Part shown: piece after piece, positions 53,102 through 63,359 of the stretch
Layout of the letters: each line of letters starts with the position of its first letter
How positions within the stretch are numbered: the stretch's first letter is position 1
DNA from: an uncultured cyanobacterium
GTDB taxonomy: Bacteria > Cyanobacteriota > Cyanobacteriia > Cyanobacteriales > CAWCAG01
Length of the DNA stretch: 64,000 nt
NCBI GenBank assembly: GCA_963793425.1
Contig: CAWCAG010000007.1
Location: 608,001 to 672,000 of the forward strand
Direction: 5' to 3'
The notes under the pieces: generated by a model
Seen by the model: only the letters and a program-made list of their open reading frames with translations
Database searches by the model: none
Told to the model about the DNA's origin: nothing
Position numbers and translations under genes: made by a program

Positions 53102-53153
53102 AAAAAACCCCGACCGAAGCCAGGGAAAGTTTAACCATCAGGGTGCATCTACT
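53102..53153 (-). ncRNA. NsiR1-like small RNA, copy B
   Basis: AGTAGATGCACCCTGATGG...CCCTGGC-TTCG-GTCGGGG-TTTTTT; TCCGGA at 53185-53190 (about -35). Confidence 0.7.
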
Positions 53154-53184
53154 TAATGCTTTATTTCCCTGCTTCGTCTTCTAT

Positions 53185-53190
53185 TCCGGA
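53185..53190. promoter_or_regulatory. DIF1-like TCCGGA -35 element of copy B
   Basis: TCCGGA-N19-AATAAAG on the minus strand, same spacing as copy A. Confidence 0.65.
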
Positions 53191-53213
53191 TCATTTAAAA
53201 ACTAGTTAAAAAG

Positions 53214-53265
53214 AAAAAAATCCCCCGACCGAAGCCGGAGGAGGAATTACCAGGTTGCATCTACC
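53214..53265 (-). ncRNA. NsiR1-like small RNA, copy A
   Basis: GGTAGATGCAACCTGGTAATTCC-TCCTCCGGC-TTCG-GTCGGGGGA-TTTTTTT; TCCGGA at 53296-53301 (about -35). Confidence 0.7.
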
Positions 53266-53295
53266 ACTTCTTTATTGCATGGCTTTTCTTGGGTT

Positions 53296-53301
53296 TCCGG
53301 A
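53296..53301. promoter_or_regulatory. DIF1-like TCCGGA -35 element of copy A
   Basis: TCCGGA-N19-AATAAAG on the minus strand. Confidence 0.65.
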
Positions 53302-53469
53302 TGAATTCCTAAAAAGACTCTACTCAAGGCTGAAATAGTAATTCTTTTGGCTAACTAAAACTATTAAGTACCAATTTATACTTTGAAGTAATTACTCTTT
53401 TTTTTAATAAGCAGGGAATAATATATTCAACATACTTTAAAGCTTTAACATCTGAGATCAACCTTTATA

Positions 53470-53485
53470 TGTGATATAGATCGCA
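53470..53485. promoter_or_regulatory. near-consensus CRP-type site
   Basis: TGTGA-TATAGA-TCGCA (9/10). Confidence 0.45.
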
Positions 53486-53769
53486 GCAGTAAAACCACTG
53501 ATAGCTATAAGATTGTTTTGTTGCCCAATAACAGTGGATTTTCTCATTAGTAGATTTTAATAATCACTTTAGTTATTTCCAAACAGTTAAGCAGAAAAAT
53601 TATTATTCAATATCCTTAGTTTCTATTTAACCTGACAAGGAGAAGCAAGCTATGTTTTGTAGGAAAGAATCTTAAATATAGTCAACTTTGTCAGAATTTC
53701 TCTAGTTACAAAAAGCAAGTTGAAGTCTCGAAATCATCGTTAAAATTTATTTATGCCAAGGCAAGGACA

Positions 53770-54249
53770 ATGATTCAACTCCAAGAATCACTAGCCCCAA
53801 ATCAAACTTTTATAATGCCTCGTCTTATGGGAGCTAATCTTCATAAAGCTCAACTAGAACAAGCTCGACTCATGGATGCCGATCTAATTCAAGCTAATCT
53901 AGTAGGAGCGAAACTTAATCAAGCTGTTCTTACCAGGGCAGAAATGACCGTTGCTGATTTAACAGAAGCTGATTTAACAGAAGCTAATCTCGAAGGAGCT
54001 AATCTTATTGGTGCTAATCTCCGAGGTGCTAATCTCGAAGGAGCTAATCTCATTGGTGTTAAACTTATTGGTGCTAACTTAGTAGAAGCCAATCTCACTA
54101 ATGCAGATTTACGGGGTGCAGATTTAAGCGCTACTAACCTAACAGCAACTAAAGTCAAAAATGCTCGTTTCAGAATTAACAGAGGGATAACTCCAGCAAT
54201 GAAACTTGAGTTACAACAAAGAGGAGCAATTTTTGAAGAAGCAAAATGA
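53770..54249 (+). CDS. pentapeptide repeat protein
   Basis: Tandem A(N/D)Lxx repeats. Confidence 0.92.
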   Translation: MIQLQESLAPNQTFIMPRLMGANLHKAQLEQARLMDADLIQANLVGAKLNQAVLTRAEMTVADLTEADLTEANLEGANLIGANLRGANLEGANLIGVKLIGANLVEANLTNADLRGADLSATNLTATKVKNARFRINRGITPAMKLELQQRGAIFEEAK

Positions 54250-54280
54250 TTAAACTCTAAAAATAAAGTTTCTAGGGTTA

Positions 54281-54502
54281 GGGCAGGTTTATCTAGTTCA
54301 ATGTTAATCTCACAATTTGAGTTTTGAACCTGCCCCAAAAGATTGCTACATTCTTAGGTATATCAAGCTAAGCTGTCAGGTATTTAGATTGTATTGCTAG
54401 GGTAGGGGAGTAGGGAGCAGGGAGCAAGGAGCAGGGAGTAGTAAAGACATCGGGAGAAATTTGGTTAATGCCAAAAATCCCAGTTTAAATGCGTCTTAGC
54501 TT
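54281..54502. repeat. cluster of small cyanobacterial repeats (REP-like hairpin, IR element, heptamer STRR)
   Basis: GGGCAGGTT...AACCTGCCC (54281-54335); AAGCTAAG...CTTAGCTT (54365-54502) enclosing GGGAGCA-like heptamers. Confidence 0.6.
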
Positions 54503-54508
54503 AGTACT

Positions 54509-54703
54509 CTATTCTACTGTATGCCCAACAGCAACAATCATTTGCTTAACAGATGATTCTGAAGCTTGAGTATCTACCTTAACAACTTTTTTTTCTATAT
54601 CAACATCGACTTTTGCTTCTGGTTCGTGGGTAAGAATTTCTTTGGTAATCGTTTCCGCACAGCCTTCACAAGTAATGCTGGGAACTTTTAATTGCATAGT
54701 CAT
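54509..54703 (-). CDS. HMA-domain copper chaperone (Atx1/CopZ-like)
   Basis: VPSITCEGC CxxC motif; C-terminal GHTVE. Confidence 0.9.
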   Translation of the reverse strand: MTMQLKVPSITCEGCAETITKEILTHEPEAKVDVDIEKKVVKVDTQASESSVKQMIVAVGHTVE

Positions 54704-54850
54704 AAGTTAGATTTTAAATCAAGTTGAGGATATTTGTTTTTTGGGTGCATCCGTACAAGCTCTTTACACTTGTAGGGAGTCCCTCTATTTTTTAGTTTAC
54801 TAGAAACGAAACAAATGGTAAATGCCCAAGGTGGTACATAATTAATTATC

Positions 54851-55096
54851 TCACCACTTCAGCACAGCCGCCTCCTTACCCTCTTCACGACGTACTTTGC
54901 TATCTCTTTCAAACCAATCTATTAGTTGCTGATGAGTAATTTCTTCAAGGGGGACATTTATGTCTTGAGAAATAATCTTCAATAATCTTAGGGAAGAAAT
55001 TGTTAGTCGTGTCAGAAATTTTTCTGGGGTAGATAATAAGGCTTTGTCTACGTCAGCAGATTCTGAAGTGGTGAGAAATTGTTCTGTTTGGTTCAT
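54851..55096 (-). CDS. conserved cyanobacterial hypothetical protein
   Basis: 81 aa clean ORF; EKFLTRLTISSLRLL...VLKW. Confidence 0.75.
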   Translation of the reverse strand: MNQTEQFLTTSESADVDKALLSTPEKFLTRLTISSLRLLKIISQDINVPLEEITHQQLIDWFERDSKVRREEGKEAAVLKW

Positions 55097-55165
55097 GAAT
55101 ATTGCTATGCTAATTGCTAATTGCTAGTTGCTGGTTGCTAGCTATTTTCTCATTATTATTCCGCA

Positions 55166-56818
55166 TTATTTGTTATTTTGCTGAGATAACCATAAAGATA
55201 AACTGTCAGACAACTTAGCTAGAGAACTAACTATTTCTGGAGATATTTCTATGGGTAAACTACCACTAAGGAAGTTTAAATCTCTTTGGTCTATCGGGAT
55301 TTTAATCTGATTTTGACGAAGTGCTTCTTCAATGAGAAAATACATATCACTTTTAATATCAAACTGTTTATCCGGTTCTTCAATCCAAAGTAATAACTTA
55401 AATACTAAAGCATTTTCTCCGAAACCTTCAAACCAAACTTTAGGTTTTGGCTCTTTAAGTACATCCTGATGTTGAGTAGCAACTTGGAGTAGTAAAGATT
55501 GTACTAAACTAACATTAGAATCTTCTGCTACTTCCACAGGAATTTGTAAGCGAGAAGTTGGGTTGCCATGATTCCAGTTGACTACTTCTTCTTCGAGAAA
55601 GCGAGAATTAGGAATAATAACGCTAACTCTATCTGGGGTGATAATTTCTGTACTGCGGACGCTAATTCTTTCTACAGTACCAACTAATTCTCCTACTTTA
55701 ACAAACTCTCCTACTTGAATAGGACGCTCGAAAATAAGCACTAAACCGCTAACAAACTCCTTAGCAATTCCTTGAATACCTAAGCCAACACCTACTCCTA
55801 AAACCCCGGCAAAAACGGTTAAAGAACTTAAATCAAGTCCCCATAATTGCAGCAGGACAACAGTACCAATAAAAATAAAGGTATAGTTGGCAATAATTAT
55901 AATAGTTTCTTGAGCAGAACGACTCAAACCAGTAAAAGATAAAACCCGCGATCGCAAGATGGTTTTAATAGTTCTCGCAGTGAAGATTAAACCAATAAAT
56001 AAACCAATGAGAATAAAGAAGTCGAGAATAGAATAGGCTTTATCTCCGAGGGGGAAAATATCAGAGGTTAAGCTATTAATGAAAACGTTAACTAAGTCTA
56101 GGCTAAAATAAGTAAAACTGCTCCGTCCTTGACGAGTTTGTGGGAAGAGTCCGCTAATATAAATTAAGGCAACCAGCCAAATTATAGCTCGTATGAAGTT
56201 TAAGAAAGTAGTAGCGATAACTTCTATACTTTGCCTTGTTGAAGAAACACTTGATTCTTGGTTTACTGTGGAACCTCTCCATAACCACGGTTTAATTTTA
56301 CGTGACCAAAACCAGCCAATTATCCAACTTAAGAATATAGCTAAACTCAACACCAAAGCTAAGATAAAGGATGCTCTTGTCAGATATTTGGTTGTCCTTT
56401 CTTCTTGAAAACGTTGAATATTTTCTTCTAATTGCTTTGCCCAATTTTCTGCTTGTTCTAAGGTTGTTCTTCCCGGAGGTACGTCTGTTTCTGTTACAGA
56501 TAATAAATGCTCACGATTAATTCTAATTGCAGGTAAATCTTCACTACTATCAATATTCACTCTAACAACAGTAGTACTAGTAATATCTTTTAGATTGTCT
56601 TTTAAAATAAGATTAATATCTTCCGCTCTTTTTTGTGCCGTCATTTCTTCTGAAGGGCCAATTTCAAAGACTTTTTGTCCATTTAAAATAATAGGGGCGC
56701 TACTTTGTTCTTCTTGTAAAACAGGAGAAATCGAAATCACATAACCGAGGGCGATCGCAATAATTATAATGCGAACAATCTGAATTAAAAAGAATTTAAA
56801 GCGAGAGTAAGTTCTCAT
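55166..56818 (-). CDS. small-conductance mechanosensitive channel (MscS family)
   Basis: GVLGVGVGLGIQ...FVSGLVLIFERPIQVGE, IIPNS, VVNW. Confidence 0.92.
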   Translation of the reverse strand: MRTYSRFKFFLIQIVRIIIIAIALGYVISISPVLQEEQSSAPIILNGQKVFEIGPSEEMTAQKRAEDINLILKDNLKDITSTTVVRVNIDSSEDLPAIRINREHLLSVTETDVPPGRTTLEQAENWAKQLEENIQRFQEERTTKYLTRASFILALVLSLAIFLSWIIGWFWSRKIKPWLWRGSTVNQESSVSSTRQSIEVIATTFLNFIRAIIWLVALIYISGLFPQTRQGRSSFTYFSLDLVNVFINSLTSDIFPLGDKAYSILDFFILIGLFIGLIFTARTIKTILRSRVLSFTGLSRSAQETIIIIANYTFIFIGTVVLLQLWGLDLSSLTVFAGVLGVGVGLGIQGIAKEFVSGLVLIFERPIQVGEFVKVGELVGTVERISVRSTEIITPDRVSVIIPNSRFLEEEVVNWNHGNPTSRLQIPVEVAEDSNVSLVQSLLLQVATQHQDVLKEPKPKVWFEGFGENALVFKLLLWIEEPDKQFDIKSDMYFLIEEALRQNQIKIPIDQRDLNFLSGSLPIEISPEIVSSLAKLSDSLSLWLSQQNNK

Positions 56819-56845
56819 ATAAATTTCTTTGTTTAGTACTCAAGA

Positions 56846-57285
56846 CTAATTGATGAAAATATGCCAAATAATAGGACCACAGAGAAAAAACATCACTAAA
56901 ATACCAAGGAGATAAATTAGATTTCGTAGTGGCTGAATTGAGCGAATATAAGCTACTGCATGAACAACACAAGAAAAGAAAAATAAAGGGAAATAAATTA
57001 ATGTTCCTGTTTCCCAACAATCAAGCTGTACATAAGTCATGCTAAAAACAAGAAAATCGGAATATTTTCTCCATCATTACGAAGAATATTTTGAGCGCGA
57101 CGGACAATATCATTTTCTTTTACATCCACATCTTTTTTTCCTACAATTCTCTCAGCAAGCACTAAATCTTCTGGGTTAGAAAAGCTGTTAGACTTAAACC
57201 TGCCATATGCTTGAATTAGAATTGTGACAAACATTTTCACAAATAAAGCAACAACTGTTAAGCCATAAATTTCCCAGGTATTCAT
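56846..57285 (-). pseudogene. MAPEG family protein split by a 1-nt frameshift
   Basis: RAQNILRNDGENIPIFLFLA stops at GCA-TGA; the overlapping ATG frame continues MTYVQL...VVHAVAY...QPLRN, the MAPEG C-terminal half. Confidence 0.75.
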
Positions 57286-57322
57286 AAGTACAAATATCTA
57301 ATCCTAAAAAATCACCACTTTC

Positions 57323-58336
57323 TTACTTTCGTAAAAGACCACTTAGTAAAGAAGTAGGAGGCTGACTATGAGGCCAAGCAAAACCATGACGAAAAGCAGC
57401 ATCTTGACAGGCTTGTAATTGAGAAAAACCAATTACATCTTGAGTAAGCAGATTCTCATATTCAAAAGGCAAACGGACATTATGTAACCCCGCATTGTCA
57501 GTACAAATAGCAATATCAACTCCTGCTTCAAAACAGCGCTCAAAAACTATTTTAAGCTGAGACAAATCCTCTAATGTTCCTGTTTTTAAATAAGTAGTTG
57601 GGCAAACTTCTAAACATTGCTTTCTTTCTACTAAATCTGGTAATAATTCTGGATATTTAAGAGGGATTTGAATACCATGACCAATACGCATTAAATAGGG
57701 TAATAATTCTGGATAACAACCATCTTTTGTTTCATAAAGATGTCCTGTGGTTTTAATATTTAGCGATCGCGCATATTTGTATAAGCCCACAAACTCTGTC
57801 AAACGTTCGCCAATATGACTATCTCCCCCCGCCATATCCACAGCACAAACGTACTCTTTTGCCGTCGCTGCTAAATCGACAATTGCTTTATTAACCTCAT
57901 AAGGAAGCCGGGAGTGGGTACAAAGAATCTGGCTAATAATAATCGGAAACTCTTTAACTTGACTGGCTAAACCGACAATTTTCACAATCTTAGCCATCTG
58001 TTCAATACGTTCTGTTTGGGTCAATCTTTCATCTGTTCTTAAATAAGGGGTATAACGTAACTCCAAATAAGCCAAATTTTCAAAGATATAAGCACCTCGA
58101 ATTAACCGATAAATAAAGTAAGGTAAAGTCTCGGCGGTTTGGACACTTTCAACTAAAGTATGTAACTCTAAATATTCTTCTAAAGTATTACGAGGTCTGG
58201 TATAAAATCCCTCAAATTCCGGATAATCTGGAAATCTTTCCCTCATAACTTGATGATGACGTTGAAAATAGCGCCAGAGAATGCGCGGTACAACGGAACC
58301 ACCTAAATGACGATGTAAATCTGCGTATAGAGCCAC
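57323..58336 (-). CDS. adenosine deaminase family protein
   Basis: DLHRHLGGS, YLELRYTP, GHLYE, RIGHG, EVCPT, CTDNA. Confidence 0.92.
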   Translation of the reverse strand: MALYADLHRHLGGSVVPRILWRYFQRHHQVMRERFPDYPEFEGFYTRPRNTLEEYLELHTLVESVQTAETLPYFIYRLIRGAYIFENLAYLELRYTPYLRTDERLTQTERIEQMAKIVKIVGLASQVKEFPIIISQILCTHSRLPYEVNKAIVDLAATAKEYVCAVDMAGGDSHIGERLTEFVGLYKYARSLNIKTTGHLYETKDGCYPELLPYLMRIGHGIQIPLKYPELLPDLVERKQCLEVCPTTYLKTGTLEDLSQLKIVFERCFEAGVDIAICTDNAGLHNVRLPFEYENLLTQDVIGFSQLQACQDAAFRHGFAWPHSQPPTSLLSGLLRK

Positions 58337-58433
58337 CCTAATTAACCTCCTTGTTATCTCAACAATCTCTTCTCTTTGTAAGTTGACACCGTAGACAAAA
58401 GATGTTGATAATAGTCGTTTGTGGAAACTTTAG

Positions 58434-59786
<1,353 letters not shown>

Positions 59787-59842
59787 CGCTTAATCATTGA
59801 TAAACTAATAAATTTGTAAACATCAAACTCTCATAAATTATT

Positions 59843-60472
59843 ATGCCTGTAACAGTTGAATGTCAAAAAAGAGCCGAAGGTAGCAAACCCAGGGCTTTAC
59901 GTCGAGAAGGACTTATTCCCGCAACCTTATATGGCCATGAAGGCGTTGAGTCAATGATGTTGACTCTCAAAGCTAAAGATGCCCAAAACTTACTTAAAGA
60001 AGCTTCTCTTAACAATACCTTAGTGGATGTTAAAGTTCCTGACCTTTCTTGGCAAGGTAAAGCCCTGATTAGAGAAATACAAACTCATCCTTGGAAAAGA
60101 ACTCTGTATCATCTTAGTTTCTTTTCTGTAGCTTCCCAAGCTACTATTGATGTAGTAATTCCCATCAACTTAGTAGGAGAAGCCGTAGGGCAAAAAGCGG
60201 GTGGTATTGTTGAGCAACAAATGAACGAATTGCAACTACAATGTAAACCAGATAGTATCCCCGAAGATATTGAAGTAGATATTTCTGATTTGGAAATTGG
60301 TTCTACTTTATTAGTTCAGGATTTAAAAGTTCCAGAAGGTGTTACAGTTGCCGCAGAACCTGATACTACGGTTTTAACTTTGGTAGCACCTAGAAGTTTA
60401 ACTAGCTTAGAAGAAGAAACCGCGACTGAAGAAGAAGTGACGGATGTTATTTCTGAAGCTATGGGAGAGTAG
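59843..60472 (+). CDS. rplY: 50S ribosomal protein L25/Ctc
   Basis: ALRREGLIPATLYG, IQTHPWK...HLSF, CTC C-terminal domain. Confidence 0.95.
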   Translation: MPVTVECQKRAEGSKPRALRREGLIPATLYGHEGVESMMLTLKAKDAQNLLKEASLNNTLVDVKVPDLSWQGKALIREIQTHPWKRTLYHLSFFSVASQATIDVVIPINLVGEAVGQKAGGIVEQQMNELQLQCKPDSIPEDIEVDISDLEIGSTLLVQDLKVPEGVTVAAEPDTTVLTLVAPRSLTSLEEETATEEEVTDVISEAMGE

Positions 60473-60517
60473 GTAATGGGTAATAGGTAATAGGCAATAG
60501 GTAGACAAACTTATTGC

Positions 60518-62881
60518 TTATTGCCTTTTTTCTAAAGGAACTAAACCAGTTTTTTCTATTAAATCTTGTGCTTCTTTGGTTTTAAGAATCGCTGCAAATT
60601 TTTCTCCTACTGCTTCTCTACTATTATCTCTGGGATAAATAACTGCTAGGGCATAAGCTAAAGGATACTCTTGATTAGCTATCTGTTCGGCGTTAGGTGC
60701 ATAACTACCTTTTTGATCGCATAAATCTGTCTGAGGAGTTACAGGTTGGTTATTTCTTTTCTTTAAGGGAGAAACTGTTACTTCTTGACCAGATTTTAAA
60801 GCTAAAGGATAAACGCTACATTGCCCCACCACCTTGCTAATGGGGGCAAAACCAATGCTTCCGGTAGCTGTCTTTTCAAAATCCCCATAAACATTTCTCA
60901 GCATTTCAAAGGTTTGTAGGGGAATAATCTCTGGGTTACTAGCGAAGGAACGGCGTTGGTTTTTCGACTTAATTAAATCTCGGAATTGAGAAATAGCTTG
61001 AGGGGTTTTGAGTACCTGTTTTTCAAAAATCTCCCTAGCTTCTTTTTCTAAAGGTATGTAGAGTTTTACCGGCAAAGAAGGAAAGCGAGAATCTAATTCT
61101 TTCCAACTACTAATTTTACCTGTATAAAGTTGCTGTAATTGTTCAAAGGTAATACTTCCTTGCAAAGCTTGGGGGAGGCTATTTTCTCTTTGGGCAGAAC
61201 TAAAAGCAACAAAAAAGACTAAGCCATCATAGGCAATAGTTTCGCCGTGTAAATCAGCATCAACAGAACTAGTCACACTAGCGATCATAAAATCAACTTC
61301 TCCCTCCCGCAGTTTTTCTTCCATTGCCGCTTGGACTTGGGGGTTAGAAGGTTCGGGGCGATATAACCAGTCTAACTTAGGTTGCTTTTCTTCAATTTCT
61401 TGTTTTAAAGTTCTGTCTCTAAGAATAAGGTTAATGGTAGTAAAAGCATAATCCCAGGAACTATTTTGTTCTGCTGTATAAACAAAGTCACCAGGGGTTA
61501 CTCCTTTAATATTTTCAATACAACAGATTTGTGGTTTATCAAGGGCCGCAACTTGTCCCTTACCACGACCAAAAATTAACCATAAAAGAATACCAAAAAG
61601 TAATAAACCTCCGGTTAAACCAAGTAATTGTAATAATATTCTTCCTAACTTTTTTTTCTGCTTCTCTTCTGCTTCTTTGTCGGCAATGTCCTGAAATTCC
61701 ACAACAGGAAGTGGTTCGTCTAAAGGTATGCGTAGCAGTTGTTTCCGGGCAGCCTCCGCACTATCAAAAGGTACTGCCCCAATCCCCATCAAGCGGAGGA
61801 TAAAATGCTTCAAATCCGGTCTGACAAAAGGCCAATGTGGTTCAAATCTGGGGTCGAGGGTTTTTCCTGAAATAGCTAAATTCCAAGCTAGACATTGATA
61901 GGCGACATAACCTAAATCTGCTAAATCCTGAACTTGTGTAGAAGTAGGGGCAGAATTTAAGGGAGGATAAAAACGATCTTCCCACAGAGAAAAGTCGCAT
62001 AGATAAACATAAAATCCCTGAAAATTGGGTGCAATCAACAAACTATTAAGATTAAGATTGCCGTGGGCAATATCTTGCTGTACCTTCCCGGAAGGAAGGC
62101 GAAACTTCTGGCTATGTAAACACTCAAGGCTTTGTAAAACCTGATTAAGCAACTGATATACTTGCCTATCACTCATCGCCCCATTGAGGTGCAAATAATT
62201 AACTAAGCTAGGGTAAACATCTAAATTGCTGGGGGTAACTAAATAACAACGAGGTTGATGAAAATCTGCGATCGCCTCTATAGGAGTAATGAGACGATAA
62301 TCATGGAGTCGATTATCAACTAAATCTATCCCAGCCAGACTTTGAAAGGAGTCTTTACGGGCTTTTGCTTCAGGTAGGTTAAAATATTCTTCTGGCAACA
62401 AGTATTCCTTAACCACAAAAGTCTGACCATCAGGTACACGAGTTGCTGAGTAAAGACGACCCATACCGCGATGATTAAGGAACTGTTCTATTTGATAAGT
62501 ACCACGAATGCCCCTAATTTGGCTTTCTGGAGGTAAGGTGGCTTGTAAGCTAGCTTGAGGATAAATTTGGTCAATTTTCTGTGCGACAGAGAAAGCTTGT
62601 AAGGCTTCTGCTTCTGTTAAAAGTTCTTCTGTTTCTGTCTCTAAACCTTTTTTCCTAAACCTAGCCGGGAGTCTAGCCCGTAGTTTTTCCCAACCAGGAA
62701 TCCTCACTTGCTGCAAGTTTTCCTGTACCACAGGAACAATCCAACGCAACCTGGTGGGGATAAAGCGGGAAGTTAAGTTAGAAGCCGTTGCTTTTTGAGA
62801 AAAAACAATTCTACTAGTTACTCGACTAGCTTCCCTTCTCGCTATTTCTCGCCCAACACTCTTACCAACGTTTTTAACCAC
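60518..62881 (-). CDS. membrane protein: degenerate Ser/Thr kinase domain plus PstS-like substrate-binding domain
   Basis: RGMGRLY, VVKEY, AHGNLN, LCDFS; single TM; IAYDGLVFFV...LQQLYTGKISSWKEL...YPL. Confidence 0.8.
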   Translation of the reverse strand: MVKNVGKSVGREIARREASRVTSRIVFSQKATASNLTSRFIPTRLRWIVPVVQENLQQVRIPGWEKLRARLPARFRKKGLETETEELLTEAEALQAFSVAQKIDQIYPQASLQATLPPESQIRGIRGTYQIEQFLNHRGMGRLYSATRVPDGQTFVVKEYLLPEEYFNLPEAKARKDSFQSLAGIDLVDNRLHDYRLITPIEAIADFHQPRCYLVTPSNLDVYPSLVNYLHLNGAMSDRQVYQLLNQVLQSLECLHSQKFRLPSGKVQQDIAHGNLNLNSLLIAPNFQGFYVYLCDFSLWEDRFYPPLNSAPTSTQVQDLADLGYVAYQCLAWNLAISGKTLDPRFEPHWPFVRPDLKHFILRLMGIGAVPFDSAEAARKQLLRIPLDEPLPVVEFQDIADKEAEEKQKKKLGRILLQLLGLTGGLLLFGILLWLIFGRGKGQVAALDKPQICCIENIKGVTPGDFVYTAEQNSSWDYAFTTINLILRDRTLKQEIEEKQPKLDWLYRPEPSNPQVQAAMEEKLREGEVDFMIASVTSSVDADLHGETIAYDGLVFFVAFSSAQRENSLPQALQGSITFEQLQQLYTGKISSWKELDSRFPSLPVKLYIPLEKEAREIFEKQVLKTPQAISQFRDLIKSKNQRRSFASNPEIIPLQTFEMLRNVYGDFEKTATGSIGFAPISKVVGQCSVYPLALKSGQEVTVSPLKKRNNQPVTPQTDLCDQKGSYAPNAEQIANQEYPLAYALAVIYPRDNSREAVGEKFAAILKTKEAQDLIEKTGLVPLEKRQ

Positions 62882-63057
62882 GGGTTTTCATTTAACATTT
62901 ATCATTTATCAAAGATGCAGTGCCTCAATTAAAGGCAAGACGTAGCATTTCTCACTCGTGAAATTTCAATAACTCTCTTAAGTTATTACTTATTACTTAC
63001 CCTATCACCTGTGTTAGTTTAACTTTAAAAGTAAAGTTATCAAGAGGAATTGCTCAG

Positions 63058-63267
63058 ATGGCCAGAGAACAAGTTGTGAAATTATTTCGCGATACCCAAG
63101 CAGATCCAACCCTCAAAGAAAAATTGAACCAGGCCCCTAACCCAGAGAAGTTTGTCGAAATGGCAAGTCAACTGGGTTATGACTTTACCGTAGAAGAATG
63201 GCAAGAAGTAACAGGTTTCCAAGTTGAAGAATTAGAAAGTAAACTCTCAGAAATTCCTGGTATTTAA
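63058..63267 (+). CDS. Nif11-like leader peptide family protein
   Basis: DPTLKEKL...FVEMASQLGYDFTVEE. Confidence 0.85.
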   Translation: MAREQVVKLFRDTQADPTLKEKLNQAPNPEKFVEMASQLGYDFTVEEWQEVTGFQVEELESKLSEIPGI

Positions 63268-63359
63268 TAAACTCCTAAAAGATTTGGCGGTAAGGGTTTT
63301 TGGAGGGGGACAATTCAACTAAATCACCCTCTCCCTACTCCTTTTTTCAGACTTTAATT

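Noticed and set aside
53102..53265. Reading the two hairpins as just psb32 terminators or a tandem riboswitch
   Set aside because: U-tracts and UUCG loops are on the minus strand, no ORF lies downstream on that strand, and the conserved upstream TCCGGA and 5' seed are not explained by termination alone.
55100..55145. Heptamer tandem runs (TTGCTA(A/G); also near 30531, 38665 and 60475)
   Set aside because: Ordinary cyanobacterial short tandem repeats (STRR).
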